Below, one piece after another: positions 18,067-27,452 of a stretch of 64,000 bases of DNA. The stretch is from a virus, in the IMG/VR virus record IMGVR_UViG_3300042893_001481; one strand, written 5' to 3'. The translations under genes and the position numbers were made by a program. The first letter of the stretch is position 1. The number at the start of each line of letters is the position of its first letter. The notes beneath the pieces are model-generated. The model searched no databases. It saw only the letters and a list, made by a program, of their open reading frames with translations, and was not told where the DNA came from.

Positions 18067-20202
18067 ATGATTTTTGAAGATGATATTTTTGTTATCGATT
18101 GTTGGACTGACACGGTAAGTAAAGAGAATGACTTAATTAGTTTAATTAAAATATTAAAAGAATTTAATATTCCAATCTTATTAACCGGTCACTATGCGGT
18201 TAAACCTGAAATACAAAAAATGGTCGATTACTATTTGTTCGATAAAAATAATGATTTATTAATGGAATCTGAATTTGAACAATATGGTGTAAACAGTGGT
18301 CGATGGACTGACATGGGTTTATGGAAAGCAGAAAATAAAAACGAATTTCATCATGATTATGCTATATGGTGTACAATGAGAAACGCGTTTAAGTTTGTTA
18401 AAACACTTGGTAAAAAACATATCCATTTCTTTGAATATGATAACATACCTGACCCCATACAATATAGACAAGCATTTTTAGAGTACAGTAGAAATTACGA
18501 TGCTATATTATATGAATATAACGAGGGTTCAAGTAAAGACAAACATTTTGCTGAATATTGTGCAACATTCATATTCTCAATTAAAACTGACATTGCAATT
18601 CAGGTAATTGATAAAGTTAATTCAAAGTACGAATATTTTGCAAATAGACCAAAGGGATGGCAGTTAGAAAGAGTTTTCCTACAACATCTAAAAGAGGTTA
18701 CAGATAGTATATTCATATCAAAATATATTGCAAACAGTAATGAATTAAACACCCAAGCGGTTTGGAACAGAGACGGTATGGATAGAGGTGGTGCTCGTTT
18801 TCAAATCTATTTAGTTGGTGACGAACAAGAAAACCTATACTTCCACTTTCTTTCTGGATTTCATGAAAAACCAGCAGACAAAGATTATTTGATTGAAGTA
18901 AATTATGGTGATTTTAAATCTTTCTATACAATTAAAAGGGGTGAGTCATCAATTTTAAAGGTTGGGAAATATAATAAAGGAGAAAGAGCCAAAGTATTTT
19001 ACCAAGGACTCAACGTTTTTGATGAATACCTAAAAGACGATTATGATGAATTTAGAAGAAAGAATAAATTAACAAGAAAAAACATCAACACAAATAGACA
19101 AGTGTCAATTCATAATATTGATGGACCATTTGTTGAAATTAAAGAAGATGGTGATTATTTGTACGAAGTTAAATTTATTAATTTAAAAAATAATAAAGTT
19201 GAATATCAAACAAACCTAAAAAGTAATCATTGGTCTAGATGTGCTATAAAATATTATGTTGATTGGAAAATAACCATTAAGGGTGTTGATAATGATTTTT
19301 ACGGAGAGTATCCGATAGTGGTTAAAGGAGGAAGAGTGTTTATTTGTTTTGAAAGTAAATCACTTGGTGACACGTTAGCCTTCATGCCATATGTTGAAAA
19401 ATTCAAAATAGATAAAGAGGTAAGGGTTATTTGTTCTACTTTCCACAATTACTTATTTAAGGACCAATATCCTGACATTGAATTTGTTGAACCGGGTTCT
19501 AGTGTTTCAAACATAAATGCATTATATAGATTGGGTGTTTTTTATAAAGGAAATGGACAAAATAGGGAGATTGATTTGACATATCACCCATACGACCCAA
19601 AAAGTTTACCATTGTTAAAAATACCATCCGATATTTTAGGATTAAAATATGTGGAGAAAAAACCAAAATTAAAGAAATTTAAAGTTAAAAAACAAAAAAG
19701 GGTTTGTATAGCCATACATTCGACCGCACAGGCAAAATATTGGAATAATCCACTTGGTTGGCAAGAAGTTGTTGATTATTTAACAGAGAAAGGGTATGAG
19801 GTTAGATTATTATCAAAAGAAGAAGATGGGTATATGGGTAATATAAACCCCAAAGGAGTCACTCAACAACCTGTTGGGTCTTTAGAAACCATTATGAAAA
19901 CACTACAAGAGTCTGAATTATTTATTGGAATTAGTAGTGGTTTAAGTTGGTTATCTTGGGCCACAGATACTCCTACAATAATAATTTCAGGATTCACAGA
20001 TATCGACTTAGAACCTTTAGAGGGTGGAGTGTCACGTATTATTAATAAAGAAGTTTGTCATGGTTGTTGGTCAACCCATGAATTTAATCCAGGAGATTGG
20101 AATTGGTGCCCAATTCACAAAGGAACTGAGAGAGAATTTGAATGTTCTAAAAAAATAACATCAAAAAGTGTAATCGACAAAATAAATTTTATATTATTTT
20201 AG
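18067..20202 (+). CDS. Aah/TibC-type (autotransporter O-heptosyltransferase family) glycosyltransferase with extra N-terminal domain
   Basis: SKSLGDTLAFMPY, FIGISSGLSWLSWA, IISGFT, CHGCW...WNWCP.H...FECSKKI cysteine motif. Confidence 0.8.
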   Translation: MIFEDDIFVIDCWTDTVSKENDLISLIKILKEFNIPILLTGHYAVKPEIQKMVDYYLFDKNNDLLMESEFEQYGVNSGRWTDMGLWKAENKNEFHHDYAIWCTMRNAFKFVKTLGKKHIHFFEYDNIPDPIQYRQAFLEYSRNYDAILYEYNEGSSKDKHFAEYCATFIFSIKTDIAIQVIDKVNSKYEYFANRPKGWQLERVFLQHLKEVTDSIFISKYIANSNELNTQAVWNRDGMDRGGARFQIYLVGDEQENLYFHFLSGFHEKPADKDYLIEVNYGDFKSFYTIKRGESSILKVGKYNKGERAKVFYQGLNVFDEYLKDDYDEFRRKNKLTRKNINTNRQVSIHNIDGPFVEIKEDGDYLYEVKFINLKNNKVEYQTNLKSNHWSRCAIKYYVDWKITIKGVDNDFYGEYPIVVKGGRVFICFESKSLGDTLAFMPYVEKFKIDKEVRVICSTFHNYLFKDQYPDIEFVEPGSSVSNINALYRLGVFYKGNGQNREIDLTYHPYDPKSLPLLKIPSDILGLKYVEKKPKLKKFKVKKQKRVCIAIHSTAQAKYWNNPLGWQEVVDYLTEKGYEVRLLSKEEDGYMGNINPKGVTQQPVGSLETIMKTLQESELFIGISSGLSWLSWATDTPTIIISGFTDIDLEPLEGGVSRIINKEVCHGCWSTHEFNPGDWNWCPIHKGTEREFECSKKITSKSVIDKINFILF

Positions 20203-20232
20203 ATTTCTTTGTCCCAAATAAAAATATTGAAG

Positions 20233-20239
20233 TATTTAT
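20233..20239 (+). promoter_or_regulatory. TATTTAT putative late-promoter motif
   Basis: Upstream of tail fibre gene; recurrent motif. Confidence 0.5.
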
Positions 20240-20262
20240 TGTTGTATAATACAATATAAGAT

Positions 20263-22059
20263 ATGAATATATTTGATCCAGTAGTAACCGGTTCCTTAAT
20301 GGTATCAGGTTCAGCAACAATAACAGGTGATTTGATTGTAACGGGTACGTTACGAGCAAACATTGAAGGTAGCGTTGGTGGTGGAGCAACCACGGGTTCC
20401 AACACTTTTCAAGGAAACCAAACAATAAACGGTGATTTATTTGTTACGGGAAACTTAACAGCTCAACAATATATTGTGAGTTCATCTGTTTATTATGTGA
20501 CAGAGTCTACATTGAGCGGTTCGAATACATTCGGTAACGATTCTTTAGACTTTCATAATTTTACAGGTTCCGTTAATATCCTTGGTGATTTAAAATTAAA
20601 CGGACAAACATATACATCACAAACTTCAGGAACGTCAGGTTCTAGTGGTTCTTCAGGAACAGCTGGTTCTTCAGGAACAGCGGGAACTTCAGGTTCTAGT
20701 GGTTCATCAGGAACGGCTGGTACTTCAGGTTCTAGTGGTTCATCAGGAACTTCAGGTTCTAGTGGTTCATCAGGAACTTCAGGTTCTAGTGGTTCATCAG
20801 GAACGGCTGGTACTTCAGGTTCTAGTGGTTCATCAGGAACAGCCGGTACTTCAGGTTCTAGTGGTTCATCAGGAACGGCTGGTACTTCAGGTTCTAGTGG
20901 TTCTTCAGGAACTTCAGGTTCTAGTGGTTCTTCAGGAACGGCAGGTACATCAGGTACGTCGGTAACAGTATCGGGTACAAACAACGTACTTGGTAAATTC
21001 AGTTCAGGAACTATGGTTAACTCATTAGTAACTGATGATGGTACAACAGTTACAATTGGTGGTAATTTAACTGTTAATGGTACAACAACTACGGTTAATT
21101 CAAATACGGTTAATATTGGAGATAACATTTTAATTCTTAATTCAGATGAAATAGGTACCCCATCACAAAATGGTGGTATTGAAATTGAAAGAGGAACATC
21201 TACAAATGCAAGTTTAATATGGGACGAAACTGCGGATGTGTGGGAAGCTGGTTTGACTGGTGCCGAAGTACCAATTGTTACAACAACTGGTACACAAACA
21301 CTTACAAACAAAACAATAAATGCATCTCAATTAGTTGACGCATCGGTTGCTAACGGTAAATTAACTAACTCATCTGTAACGGTTTCAGCAGGAACAGGTA
21401 TGAGTGGTGGTGGTGCGGTATCGTTAGGAGGTACTGTGACATTAACAAACGCAGGTGTAACGTCAATCACAACAAATACAGGTTTAAGTTCAAACGTAAG
21501 TGCAACAGGAGCAGTTACAATCACAAATACTATTACTAACAATAACCAATTAACCAATGGTGCTGGATATCTTTCAACCGCTGTAACATCGGCGGTAGCG
21601 GGTACAGGTGTTGGTGTAAGTGCTGCAACAGGAGCAGTTACGTTCTCAATCGGTCAAGCGGTGGCAACATCATCAAATGTTCAATTTAACGCTTTAGGTG
21701 TTGGAACGGCAGCAGGTGCAACAGCAGGTCTCATTAGAGCAACCAACGACGTTATTGCATTCTACAGTTCTGATGAAAGATTAAAGGAGAATGTGTTGAC
21801 AATACCAAATTCTTTAGATATATTAAAACAAATCAATGGATACTCTTTCGATTGGATTCCAATGGAAGGAGTTCATGAGAATGAAGGTCACGACATAGGG
21901 GTGATAGCTCAAGAAGTTGAGAAAGTTCTACCTGAAGTTGTAACAACAAGAGATAATGGTTATAAAGCTGTTAAATATGAAAAATTGGTCGCTTTGTTAA
22001 TCCAAACAAATAAAGAATTGTTAGAGAGAGTTGAGGCACTTGAAGCCAAAATAAAATAA
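20263..22059 (+). CDS. Tail fibre-like virion protein with Ser/Gly/Thr repeat and C-terminal peptidase S74 chaperone domain
   Basis: FTGS motifs, (GTSGSS)n tract, YSSDERLKENV, GVIAQEVEKVLPEVV, YEKLVALLI, terminal coiled coil. Confidence 0.85.
   Translation: MNIFDPVVTGSLMVSGSATITGDLIVTGTLRANIEGSVGGGATTGSNTFQGNQTINGDLFVTGNLTAQQYIVSSSVYYVTESTLSGSNTFGNDSLDFHNFTGSVNILGDLKLNGQTYTSQTSGTSGSSGSSGTAGSSGTAGTSGSSGSSGTAGTSGSSGSSGTSGSSGSSGTSGSSGSSGTAGTSGSSGSSGTAGTSGSSGSSGTAGTSGSSGSSGTSGSSGSSGTAGTSGTSVTVSGTNNVLGKFSSGTMVNSLVTDDGTTVTIGGNLTVNGTTTTVNSNTVNIGDNILILNSDEIGTPSQNGGIEIERGTSTNASLIWDETADVWEAGLTGAEVPIVTTTGTQTLTNKTINASQLVDASVANGKLTNSSVTVSAGTGMSGGGAVSLGGTVTLTNAGVTSITTNTGLSSNVSATGAVTITNTITNNNQLTNGAGYLSTAVTSAVAGTGVGVSAATGAVTFSIGQAVATSSNVQFNALGVGTAAGATAGLIRATNDVIAFYSSDERLKENVLTIPNSLDILKQINGYSFDWIPMEGVHENEGHDIGVIAQEVEKVLPEVVTTRDNGYKAVKYEKLVALLIQTNKELLERVEALEAKIK
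20623..20958 (+). repeat. Coding tandem repeat of 9-bp units (TCAGGTTCT/AGTGGTTCA/TCAGGAACG/GCTGGTACT) encoding SGS-SGS-SGT-AGT
   Basis: Directly visible; 27-bp and 36-bp higher-order units. Confidence 0.95.
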
Positions 22060-22132
22060 TAGAAGAATATAATACCTATCATGTTGATAAAAAGATATGA
22101 TAGGTATTTATAAAATATAATTTAAATAAGAA

Positions 22133-22357
22133 ATGGCTTTAGTTAGTGTTATACCAGCAACAGGATCAGAAATAAGTATGGGTAGAATTGCGGGAGCGAT
22201 GGGTCTAGCCACTACAAACGTTGGTTTAAATTCAACATTAGGTGTAAATCGTTCTAAATTATCAGGTTCAGTAGCACAAAACACAAATATTGCAGCCTCA
22301 GGTACAACACAAGAAGGTACCGATTTTGGTGGAATGTCATCTTCATTCACATATTAA
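22133..22357 (+). CDS. Small putative virion protein
   Basis: Gly/Ser/Thr-rich, IPATGSEISM; preceded by TATTTATA at 22105. Confidence 0.55.
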   Translation: MALVSVIPATGSEISMGRIAGAMGLATTNVGLNSTLGVNRSKLSGSVAQNTNIAASGTTQEGTDFGGMSSSFTY

Positions 22358-22398
22358 TTTTACATTTTCAATTTTTTTACTTATATTAATATCAGATT

Positions 22399-22845
22399 AT
22401 GGATATTAATTATAAAAATTTCCCAAGTAAATACGAACTATATTACATTAAATGGAATGGTATTGGATTTGATAAAGACAAACTAATACTATTCGTTAAA
22501 CGTATTAAATGGTTAAAATTCCTATCTATCTTCTCATCATCTAAAAGAGAAGAGTTACAAATCCTATTAGAAATTTATAGTCAATATAATGAAGATACCT
22601 TAAAGGGTATCCTTAACAACGACGAAACCATATCAAGATGGGCACTCATTGAAAAATGGGCTCGAATTGCCGCAATTGATATTCTATTAACCAATTCCTT
22701 TTCAAGAGGTACATACACAATAATCAGTAACTTCCCTATTAAAGATTTTCAATTGGTCATGAAACGAATTGAAGAGATGGTTAAATTGGGTAGAGAGGTT
22801 ACACATCAATCAGATGACATTTCAAACGACATTCCAGGACTATGA
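22399..22845 (+). CDS. Hypothetical protein
   Basis: 148-aa ORF, ATGA overlap with next gene. Confidence 0.6.
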   Translation: MDINYKNFPSKYELYYIKWNGIGFDKDKLILFVKRIKWLKFLSIFSSSKREELQILLEIYSQYNEDTLKGILNNDETISRWALIEKWARIAAIDILLTNSFSRGTYTIISNFPIKDFQLVMKRIEEMVKLGREVTHQSDDISNDIPGL

Positions 22846-23483
22846 GTAAATCATTCTATAACAGTTCCATATGGGACGGTAAAACTTGCAAATTATCAAT
22901 TTTAGTACCAACAAGAGACATGGTACATGCACACTTTTCATATTGTTTAGCTCAATTAATGAAGACAACATCAGAAATGGGGATTGATACTTATTTGTTT
23001 TACGATTCAAGTACAATTCTATTAAACCAAAGGGAAAAATTAATAGAAAAAGCTAAAGAAGTTAAATCTGACTATGTGTTGTGGTTAGATAGTGATATGA
23101 TGTTCCCATCAACCACCGCATTACGTCTTTTAGAACACAATAAGGACATCATTGCATGTAACTATATGAAACGTACCAAAGGAGATAAAACGGTCGCATA
23201 CACGGACGTAAGTGATTGGGATACGTGGTTACCACTAGATAAGATAGATGGACTTGTTAAAGTCGAAGGAGTTGGTATGGGATGTATGTTAATGAAAACA
23301 AATGTGTTCAGTAAATTGATTAAACCATACTTTGAGTTCACATATAAAGAGGACAGTCAAGATTGGTATGGTGAAGATTTTAATCTTCTTGCTAAACTTA
23401 GGAAGTTAGGATACGATGTTTATATCGACACTGTATTAAGTAAAGATATTAAACACATTGGTAATTACGCTTTCGGAGTCTGA
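22842..23483 (+). CDS. GT-A fold glycosyltransferase-like protein
   Basis: VLWLDSDM, GVGMGCMLM, GEDF, HIG. Confidence 0.75.
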   Translation: MSKSFYNSSIWDGKTCKLSILVPTRDMVHAHFSYCLAQLMKTTSEMGIDTYLFYDSSTILLNQREKLIEKAKEVKSDYVLWLDSDMMFPSTTALRLLEHNKDIIACNYMKRTKGDKTVAYTDVSDWDTWLPLDKIDGLVKVEGVGMGCMLMKTNVFSKLIKPYFEFTYKEDSQDWYGEDFNLLAKLRKLGYDVYIDTVLSKDIKHIGNYAFGV

Positions 23484-24583
23484 AAATCTTTCTTTATAAC
23501 AATTTTCATATTACCAATCTCATACTCACCTGGTTCATAATGTGGAATGGACAATCGTAACGTATAGAGGGTGTATATGTCTTGGTCAGTAAACTCATTT
23601 ATCTCATATATCAATACATCAGATATGTTAACAAACGTGAATTTTGATTTTAAATCGTAATTCGTGTTAGGTTGTTCTTCATTAATATAATCTTCTGGAA
23701 TATCACCAACAAAAATCTTATCAAAAAAAGGTTCTAATTGACCTAACCTATTTTTATTACGAGTGATTAAACTCATATTAAAAGTTTCAAATTTAAATAT
23801 AGAATCCTCCCAATATCTTAACTCATTAAATGATTTGATTGGTATACCCCATTTTCTAATAAAATTTTTATTAGAGTTGAATTCAATTTTATGTCTATCA
23901 TTTTTAATCTCATCATTGAACCTTGAAGTTTGGGAAACAAAATGATATGTGATTGCACTTTCACAAGTCATTAACTTATAACCTTTAAGTTTTGCTCTAA
24001 TTAAGAAATCGTCATCTTCACAAAAACATGGTTTAAAACTAAACCCATCAAATCCCCCCACATCCTCAAACATTTTTTTATAACCACTCATAAAGAAAAC
24101 TGCACCTGAATATAGGGTATCACTATCTTTCCATTGATGAACATATTCATTAAACTTACGGTCATCAAAATCCAAAAAGTTAGAACCTAAATCTAATATC
24201 ACTTTACCTGGTCTTTTATGACCTTCAAATATTGGTGGCTCAATTGTGGTATATGATAATAACATATCAGGAGTAAGTAATCTTTCAATTGATTCTAAAA
24301 ATCCTTCACCAATTACCATGTCATTATGTATAAGAACTAATTTTTCAGTATCAACAAGTTTTATACCTGAATTGTAATTGTCTGAAAACGTCAATCTCTC
24401 ATCATCATGAATATATGAAAGGTTATCATCATCCAAAGATTCTAACCATTCTTTAGTTCCATCAGATGAACCACCACTACTAATCACCAACGGAGCACTC
24501 GGATAGATTTTGCGTAACCTACTATAACATTCTTTTGTTAATTCTAATCTATTATAAACCGCCAAAACAAAACTAATATTCAT
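23465..24583 (-). CDS. GT2 family glycosyltransferase
   Basis: VLAVYN, GSSDGT, HNDM, GGFD, EDDD. Confidence 0.85.
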   Translation of the reverse strand: MNISFVLAVYNRLELTKECYSRLRKIYPSAPLVISSGGSSDGTKEWLESLDDDNLSYIHDDERLTFSDNYNSGIKLVDTEKLVLIHNDMVIGEGFLESIERLLTPDMLLSYTTIEPPIFEGHKRPGKVILDLGSNFLDFDDRKFNEYVHQWKDSDTLYSGAVFFMSGYKKMFEDVGGFDGFSFKPCFCEDDDFLIRAKLKGYKLMTCESAITYHFVSQTSRFNDEIKNDRHKIEFNSNKNFIRKWGIPIKSFNELRYWEDSIFKFETFNMSLITRNKNRLGQLEPFFDKIFVGDIPEDYINEEQPNTNYDLKSKFTFVNISDVLIYEINEFTDQDIYTLYTLRLSIPHYEPGEYEIGNMKIVIKKDFQTPKA

Positions 24584-24588
24584 TATTT

Positions 24589-24732
24589 TTAAATTCTACT
24601 ATATAAATTATTTTGACGCTCTTGTCTTTCAATTGTTTTATGGTGTTGAATACAATATTCTTCATCATCAGGTAATGACGCAAATTTACTACCACCGATA
24701 ATTCTTTCATGTACTCTATTATACCAACTCAT
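24589..24732 (-). pseudogene. Duplicated 3' end (47 aa) of the 25340..25960 glycosyltransferase
   Basis: MSWYNRVHERIIGGSKFASLPDDEEYCIQHHKTIERQERQNNLYSRI vs MTWYGKVHERIVGGQKFSSLPLDEEYCIQHHKTIERQEKQNNLYNSL. Confidence 0.85.
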
Positions 24733-25343
24733 ACTTTATAATAATTTTCTTTTAAATCGTTTTCATTTATATAATTTATTTTTTTCATAATAACTTGGTA
24801 ACCATTGTGTACTATTTCTAAATATTTGTGATAACCATGATAAAATGCATCCGCCCCTGTTTTAACCTGTAAATATTGTTCTTGTTCAAGTCCACCACCA
24901 TAGTCGTCGAATATAATGTAACCATTATTTTTTAAACAGTAAAATGCATTTACAGCATCTTCTAAAACATATTTTGACATATGGTTACCATCAATATAAA
25001 CAAAATCTAAAAATTCTTTTGTTTCACCATTATGATTAAACATTTTAAAACTATCGGCCGATTCCCCTAAAATGTATGTAACCTTATTATCGTATGGTTT
25101 AATGTTATTTTCAATAAACTCATTTGTATTAATATCCATGATATAATGTTGAGAACCATTCATTTTACAAAAGTTCTCTAGAATATAAACTGAAGATCCA
25201 CCATATAACGCACCAATTTCTAAACACACTCTTGGTTCATCACCATAGTTAGGTAAAAAATGTTCCCACGCATCTACATGATTTAAAAAGAAATAACGTT
25301 CTCCTTCGGGATATTTAAAATGTTCCGGATATTGATAACTCAT
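24729..25343 (-). CDS. Class I SAM methyltransferase (Methyltransf_24-like)
   Basis: LEIGALYGGS, YIDGNH, IIFDDY. Confidence 0.85.
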   Translation of the reverse strand: MSYQYPEHFKYPEGERYFFLNHVDAWEHFLPNYGDEPRVCLEIGALYGGSSVYILENFCKMNGSQHYIMDINTNEFIENNIKPYDNKVTYILGESADSFKMFNHNGETKEFLDFVYIDGNHMSKYVLEDAVNAFYCLKNNGYIIFDDYGGGLEQEQYLQVKTGADAFYHGYHKYLEIVHNGYQVIMKKINYINENDLKENYYKV

Positions 25344-25960
25344 AATGAATTGTATAAATTGTTTTGTTTTTCTTGACGTTCAATTGTCTTATGATGTTGA
25401 ATACAATATTCTTCATCCAATGGTAATGATGAGAATTTCTGACCACCAACTATTCGTTCATGAACTTTACCGTACCATGTCATTCCTTTACGATATACTC
25501 GTCCCTGTGCGTCCGGAAAGTTAACCCATCCATTTTCATTAACTCTCCAACCCCACTTAACAACATGTTCATATGTGATACCTGAAACAGTATTAATTCT
25601 TGGTACAAATATTAAATCAACGTTGGGATTCAATTCTAATATTTCATGAAGATTTTTAACCATGTACTCACTAATCATTTCATCAGCATCAATTTGATAA
25701 ATGTAATCACCAGTACAGTAATCATTTAATTTATTCTTCCAATCGGCAAAGTTGTTGTTCCAATCAATACTTCTCCAAGTTTGTACATTTGGTTTGATAT
25801 TATATGGTAATAAGAAATCTAATATTTCTTTATTACCATTATTTTCATCATATAATATTACTATCTCGTCATGAATTCTCTTGTGTTCTAATAGGAACGG
25901 AACTAATCTCTTTATCTCCTCCAGTTCATTACAAACTGTTATTGCGTAACTTATTTTCAT
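25340..25960 (-). CDS. GT2 family glycosyltransferase
   Basis: ITVCNE, FADWKN, QIDADE, PD.Q.R, VHE. Confidence 0.85.
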   Translation of the reverse strand: MKISYAITVCNELEEIKRLVPFLLEHKRIHDEIVILYDENNGNKEILDFLLPYNIKPNVQTWRSIDWNNNFADWKNKLNDYCTGDYIYQIDADEMISEYMVKNLHEILELNPNVDLIFVPRINTVSGITYEHVVKWGWRVNENGWVNFPDAQGRVYRKGMTWYGKVHERIVGGQKFSSLPLDEEYCIQHHKTIERQEKQNNLYNSL

Positions 25961-26904
25961 AAACTATTAATATATTGTTTTAATCTATCTTGAGGTTTCC
26001 AATTTAATTTATTTAATGCATCATTATTCTCTCTTAAAGTTTCTTGGTAGTTACCTTTTTGATTGGGAATATATTTTACCTCACACCCAAACCTATCCAC
26101 CAACATATGGGAAATTTCATTGATGGAATAATTAAATCCAGTACCAAATTCCCAACCGTCTTCGTGTTTCTCATTAGTAAATCCAAGTTTATATAACCCA
26201 TCAACAATATCATCTATGTGAGTGAAATCTCTACGTTGTTCACCATCACCTACAATTGTTATTGGTTGACCATCTCTAATTTGTCTTCTCCACAGTCCAA
26301 TAACCGCAGCCCAATCACCATCCATAATTTCATTTGGACCATACACATTATAAAATCTAGCAATTTCTATGTTTAATTTATAAACCTCTTTATACATTTT
26401 ACATATCTCCTCACCCATATGTTTATAACATGCGTATGGTGATATATGTGGATTGTGCCAACGAGATGATGAACCTGAGTAAATAACTTTACTATTAATT
26501 TTTTTAGCAAAATCACAAACAAGTTGTGTACCTGTCACATTAACTCTAAACGTTTCAGATGGATTGTTAAATGAGGGTTGAATTCTACTTAATGCTGCAA
26601 AATGGTATATCAAATCAAAGTCTTTATCCATTAAATCAATTTGTTCTATATCACCATTATGGTAATTACAACCAATGATTTCATTCTCATGTAATCCACT
26701 ATTGTAATTGTCTAATGAATGAACAATATATCCTTCTTTAATTAAAAGCTTAATTAAACTTGAACCAATAAAACCCGCACCGCCAGTTACAAGTATCTTC
26801 ATAGTTTTTTTAAGATTTTTTTTATATTCATTTGCTGTCAATTCTTCACACCTCCAACACCATTCTATATCATCCGTGTCCCAAATATGTCTGTCACATT
26901 TCAT
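25957..26904 (-). CDS. NAD-dependent sugar epimerase/dehydratase (extended SDR); conserved domain begins at 26802
   Basis: ILVTGGAGFIGS, YACYK, RFYNVYGP, GDGEQRRDFTH. Confidence 0.9.
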   Translation of the reverse strand: MKCDRHIWDTDDIEWCWRCEELTANEYKKNLKKTMKILVTGGAGFIGSSLIKLLIKEGYIVHSLDNYNSGLHENEIIGCNYHNGDIEQIDLMDKDFDLIYHFAALSRIQPSFNNPSETFRVNVTGTQLVCDFAKKINSKVIYSGSSSRWHNPHISPYACYKHMGEEICKMYKEVYKLNIEIARFYNVYGPNEIMDGDWAAVIGLWRRQIRDGQPITIVGDGEQRRDFTHIDDIVDGLYKLGFTNEKHEDGWEFGTGFNYSINEISHMLVDRFGCEVKYIPNQKGNYQETLRENNDALNKLNWKPQDRLKQYINSL

Positions 26905-27209
26905 GCTCTATTGTCTCCTATTCTTAACCAATGATTTAGATAATCAATACCATGATTATCACCACCATTTATTCTTCTTGTTATTGTTCTTATTACATCT
27001 TCATCAATACCTCTCGCAATTTCTTCTGACATTATTCTTGTTAGTTCGGCTTCCGCGTCAATTCCATGATGTTGATTTAAATCTTCATTCGCCTCACGAG
27101 TCCACATTGCCCTTAATGTCCTTACACCACCAGCAACGTTAACAGTATCTATGTTATTAAACACATAGGTATCTTTAACCATCCCTTCAAAAAATATAAA
27201 TTTTTTCAT
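26901..27209 (-). CDS. Small protein containing a fragment of gp23-type major capsid protein; N-terminal FxFFxG motif
   Basis: RTLRAMWTREANEDLNQHHGIDAEAELTRIMSEEI aligns without gaps to the T4 gp23 segment RQLKAAYSIELAQDLRAVHGMDADAELSGILATEI (recalled from memory). Confidence 0.75.
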   Translation of the reverse strand: MKKFIFFEGMVKDTYVFNNIDTVNVAGGVRTLRAMWTREANEDLNQHHGIDAEAELTRIMSEEIARGIDEDVIRTITRRINGGDNHGIDYLNHWLRIGDNRA

Positions 27210-27451
27210 GATAGTTTTTCTCTAGCAAATAATTTAAAAAACTTACCTGTGTTTGGATCTGTAAATTTTATATATGAATTACTATCATTACCTAATGTGA
27301 TTATAACTTCTTTGTTCGTTGAGTTTTCATCCGCCTCGGTAAAGACAACTGGTTCGTCGTTGTCAAATTGTACTACCCATTCACATGGACTAAAATATTG
27401 AATGGTGTTTTCAAGTTCAACCTTAGTTGATGTCTTTTTTTTCCTTGGCAT
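27206..27451 (-). CDS. Hypothetical protein
   Basis: 81-aa ORF coupled within minus-strand operon. Confidence 0.6.
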   Translation of the reverse strand: MPRKKKTSTKVELENTIQYFSPCEWVVQFDNDEPVVFTEADENSTNKEVIITLGNDSNSYIKFTDPNTGKFFKLFAREKLS

Positions 27452-27452
27452 A

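Noticed and set aside
20518-20530. GGTTCGAAT T-loop-like sequence suggesting a tRNA
   Set aside because: Inside the fibre CDS with no cloverleaf; no tRNA recognised in the window.
20623-20958. Regular repeats resembling a CRISPR array
   Set aside because: No unique spacers; units are in-frame multiples of 9 bp encoding a Ser/Gly/Thr tract.
20553-21311. 252-aa minus-strand ORF and 106-aa alternative-frame ORF
   Set aside because: Shadows of the stop-poor repeat in the tail fibre gene.
24589-25483. Diversity-generating retroelement TR/VR pair
   Set aside because: No reverse transcriptase in the window, and the differences look like ordinary divergence with the frame preserved rather than adenine-specific change.
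26803-26904. 34-aa CxxC-containing N-terminal extension on the epimerase as a novel fusion
   Set aside because: Could equally be a tiny gene that lost its stop, with an internal ATG at 26802; cannot be decided from sequence.
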